Positions 29,414 to 30,378 of a stretch of 30,378 nt of DNA are shown one piece after another; position 1 is the stretch's first letter; each line of letters opens with the position of its first letter. The position numbers and the translations under genes are program-made. The notes under the pieces were generated by a model. That model was not told the origin of the DNA. It did not search any database and saw only the letters and a list, made by a program, of their open reading frames with translations. This DNA comes from Bdellovibrionota bacterium (GTDB taxonomy: Bacteria; Bdellovibrionota_C; UBA2361; CALJRW01): positions 1 to 30,378 of the forward strand of contig JBGSMD010000057.1 of assembly GCA_041740355.1 (NCBI GenBank). The letters are read 5' to 3'.

Positions 29414-29917
29414 TTACGCACAAAGACTTTGAATTTCTGACTTAACCTTATCCGAAGGTCTAGCTTTCACTACAGATATTTCATCAATCAATAAGCCTTG
29501 AGCCAAATCCATCATTTTTTTCTCACCAAATGAAAGATCCTTGCCATTACTTAGGATGATTAAATCTCTAATAACTTCAGCAATTTCATAAACAGAACCT
29601 GTCTTAATTTTCTGTAAATATTCACGATGACGACGATTCCAAGTCTGGCTAGTAACCTTAGCTTTACGATCGCTAATGATTGAATAAACTTTACTAACAG
29701 CGCGTTTATCGATAACTTTCCTTAAACCTACAGACTCTGCTTGTGCCACAGGAACCATAAATTTCAGTCCCTTTTCATTAATCATAATTTCCAGAAAATT
29801 TTGCTCAATAGTACCAATCCTTTTACAACAGAGGGAAGCAATTTTCCCCACTCCATGACCTGGGTAAACAACCATGTCGCCATTTGAGTATTGTTTTAGA
29901 TTTTTAATGTTAGTCAA
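29414..29917 (-). CDS. carD: CarD/CdnL RNA-polymerase-binding transcription factor
   Basis: VVYPGHGVG, VGLR, TWNRR (conserved wedge Trp), LSFGEKKM. Start reassigned to TTG at 29917 downstream of GGAG; the track gives 29962. Confidence 0.92.
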   Translation of the reverse strand: MTNIKNLKQYSNGDMVVYPGHGVGKIASLCCKRIGTIEQNFLEIMINEKGLKFMVPVAQAESVGLRKVIDKRAVSKVYSIISDRKAKVTSQTWNRRHREYLQKIKTGSVYEIAEVIRDLIILSNGKDLSFGEKKMMDLAQGLLIDEISVVKARPSDKVKSEIQSLCA

Positions 29918-30308
29918 AGTGATTCTCCGAAAAGAAAAAATTAAAGGAAGTGGAAAAACCAAGAAAAATTTGGTGTAGTAGGATTAGGATGATAATTGGT
30001 CAAACAAACGGGTTATCACTAATCTTCCTGAAATAGGCTTAATTAAGAGGTATTTCACACTAATTAGGCAAGAGCACTATAACAGATTCACTAGCTTTAA
30101 TCAAAGAAATAATGAAAAAGGCTAATAATAATTAAACTGTAACTAGCTAAAATAGGATATTTAGAATTACTTGTAACTTTACTAGTTTAGAAAAATTCAA
30201 CGGAGAGAAGGATATAGTGAGTCCAATAAATAAATTACTTTAAAAGATTAACGATTTTGCTTGAACTCACTATTAATGTTGTTTTTAGCTATGCAAACTT
30301 GGATAAAA

Positions 30309-30378
30309 CCAAGATTTGCATTAGCCGTAATGACTCTATTCAATTTACTAACGTAAATTATTTTTTGTCATTACTATA
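30309..30378. repeat. Dispersed hairpin repeat (family B-related), empty copy at window end
   Basis: 68/70 identical to 7145-7188 joined to 7221-7246. Nested stems GTAATGAC/GTCATTAC and AATTTAC/GTAAATT. Confidence 0.9.

Overview
AT-rich bacterial chromosomal segment. The gene content (DUF1844, CarD/CdnL, dispersed type IV pilins) suggests a deltaproteobacterial or Bdellovibrionota-like organism; this is inference. The housekeeping backbone is rpsO (partial), argF, gltX, ligA, rsmA, tsaD and carD. Surface-glycan genes are interleaved: an HldC-like/GmhB fusion, Wzm/Wzt, GT87, an egghead-like GT2, three GT4-type enzymes and a coiled-coil methyltransferase. A + strand accessory block (orphan HerA ATPase, secreted repeat/coiled-coil protein, small protein, pilin) splits a - strand glycosyltransferase run. 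The most striking unexplained signal is non-coding: three families of short palindromic elements stacked inside or beside one another. They are (A) a ~70-bp hairpin + TATCCNCCNGAGG element in 3 copies, (B) TA-bounded MITE-like elements with TATAGTWATGACAAA-type ends, one of which supplies a gene's C-terminus, and (C) a ~30-bp CCTTCG..AGCTWCGG mini-element found in hairpin loops, with a filled site (7145-7246) and a matching empty site (30309-30378) both in the window. No cognate transposase, rRNA, tRNA or CRISPR array was seen. All calls come from visual motif reading, not database searches.
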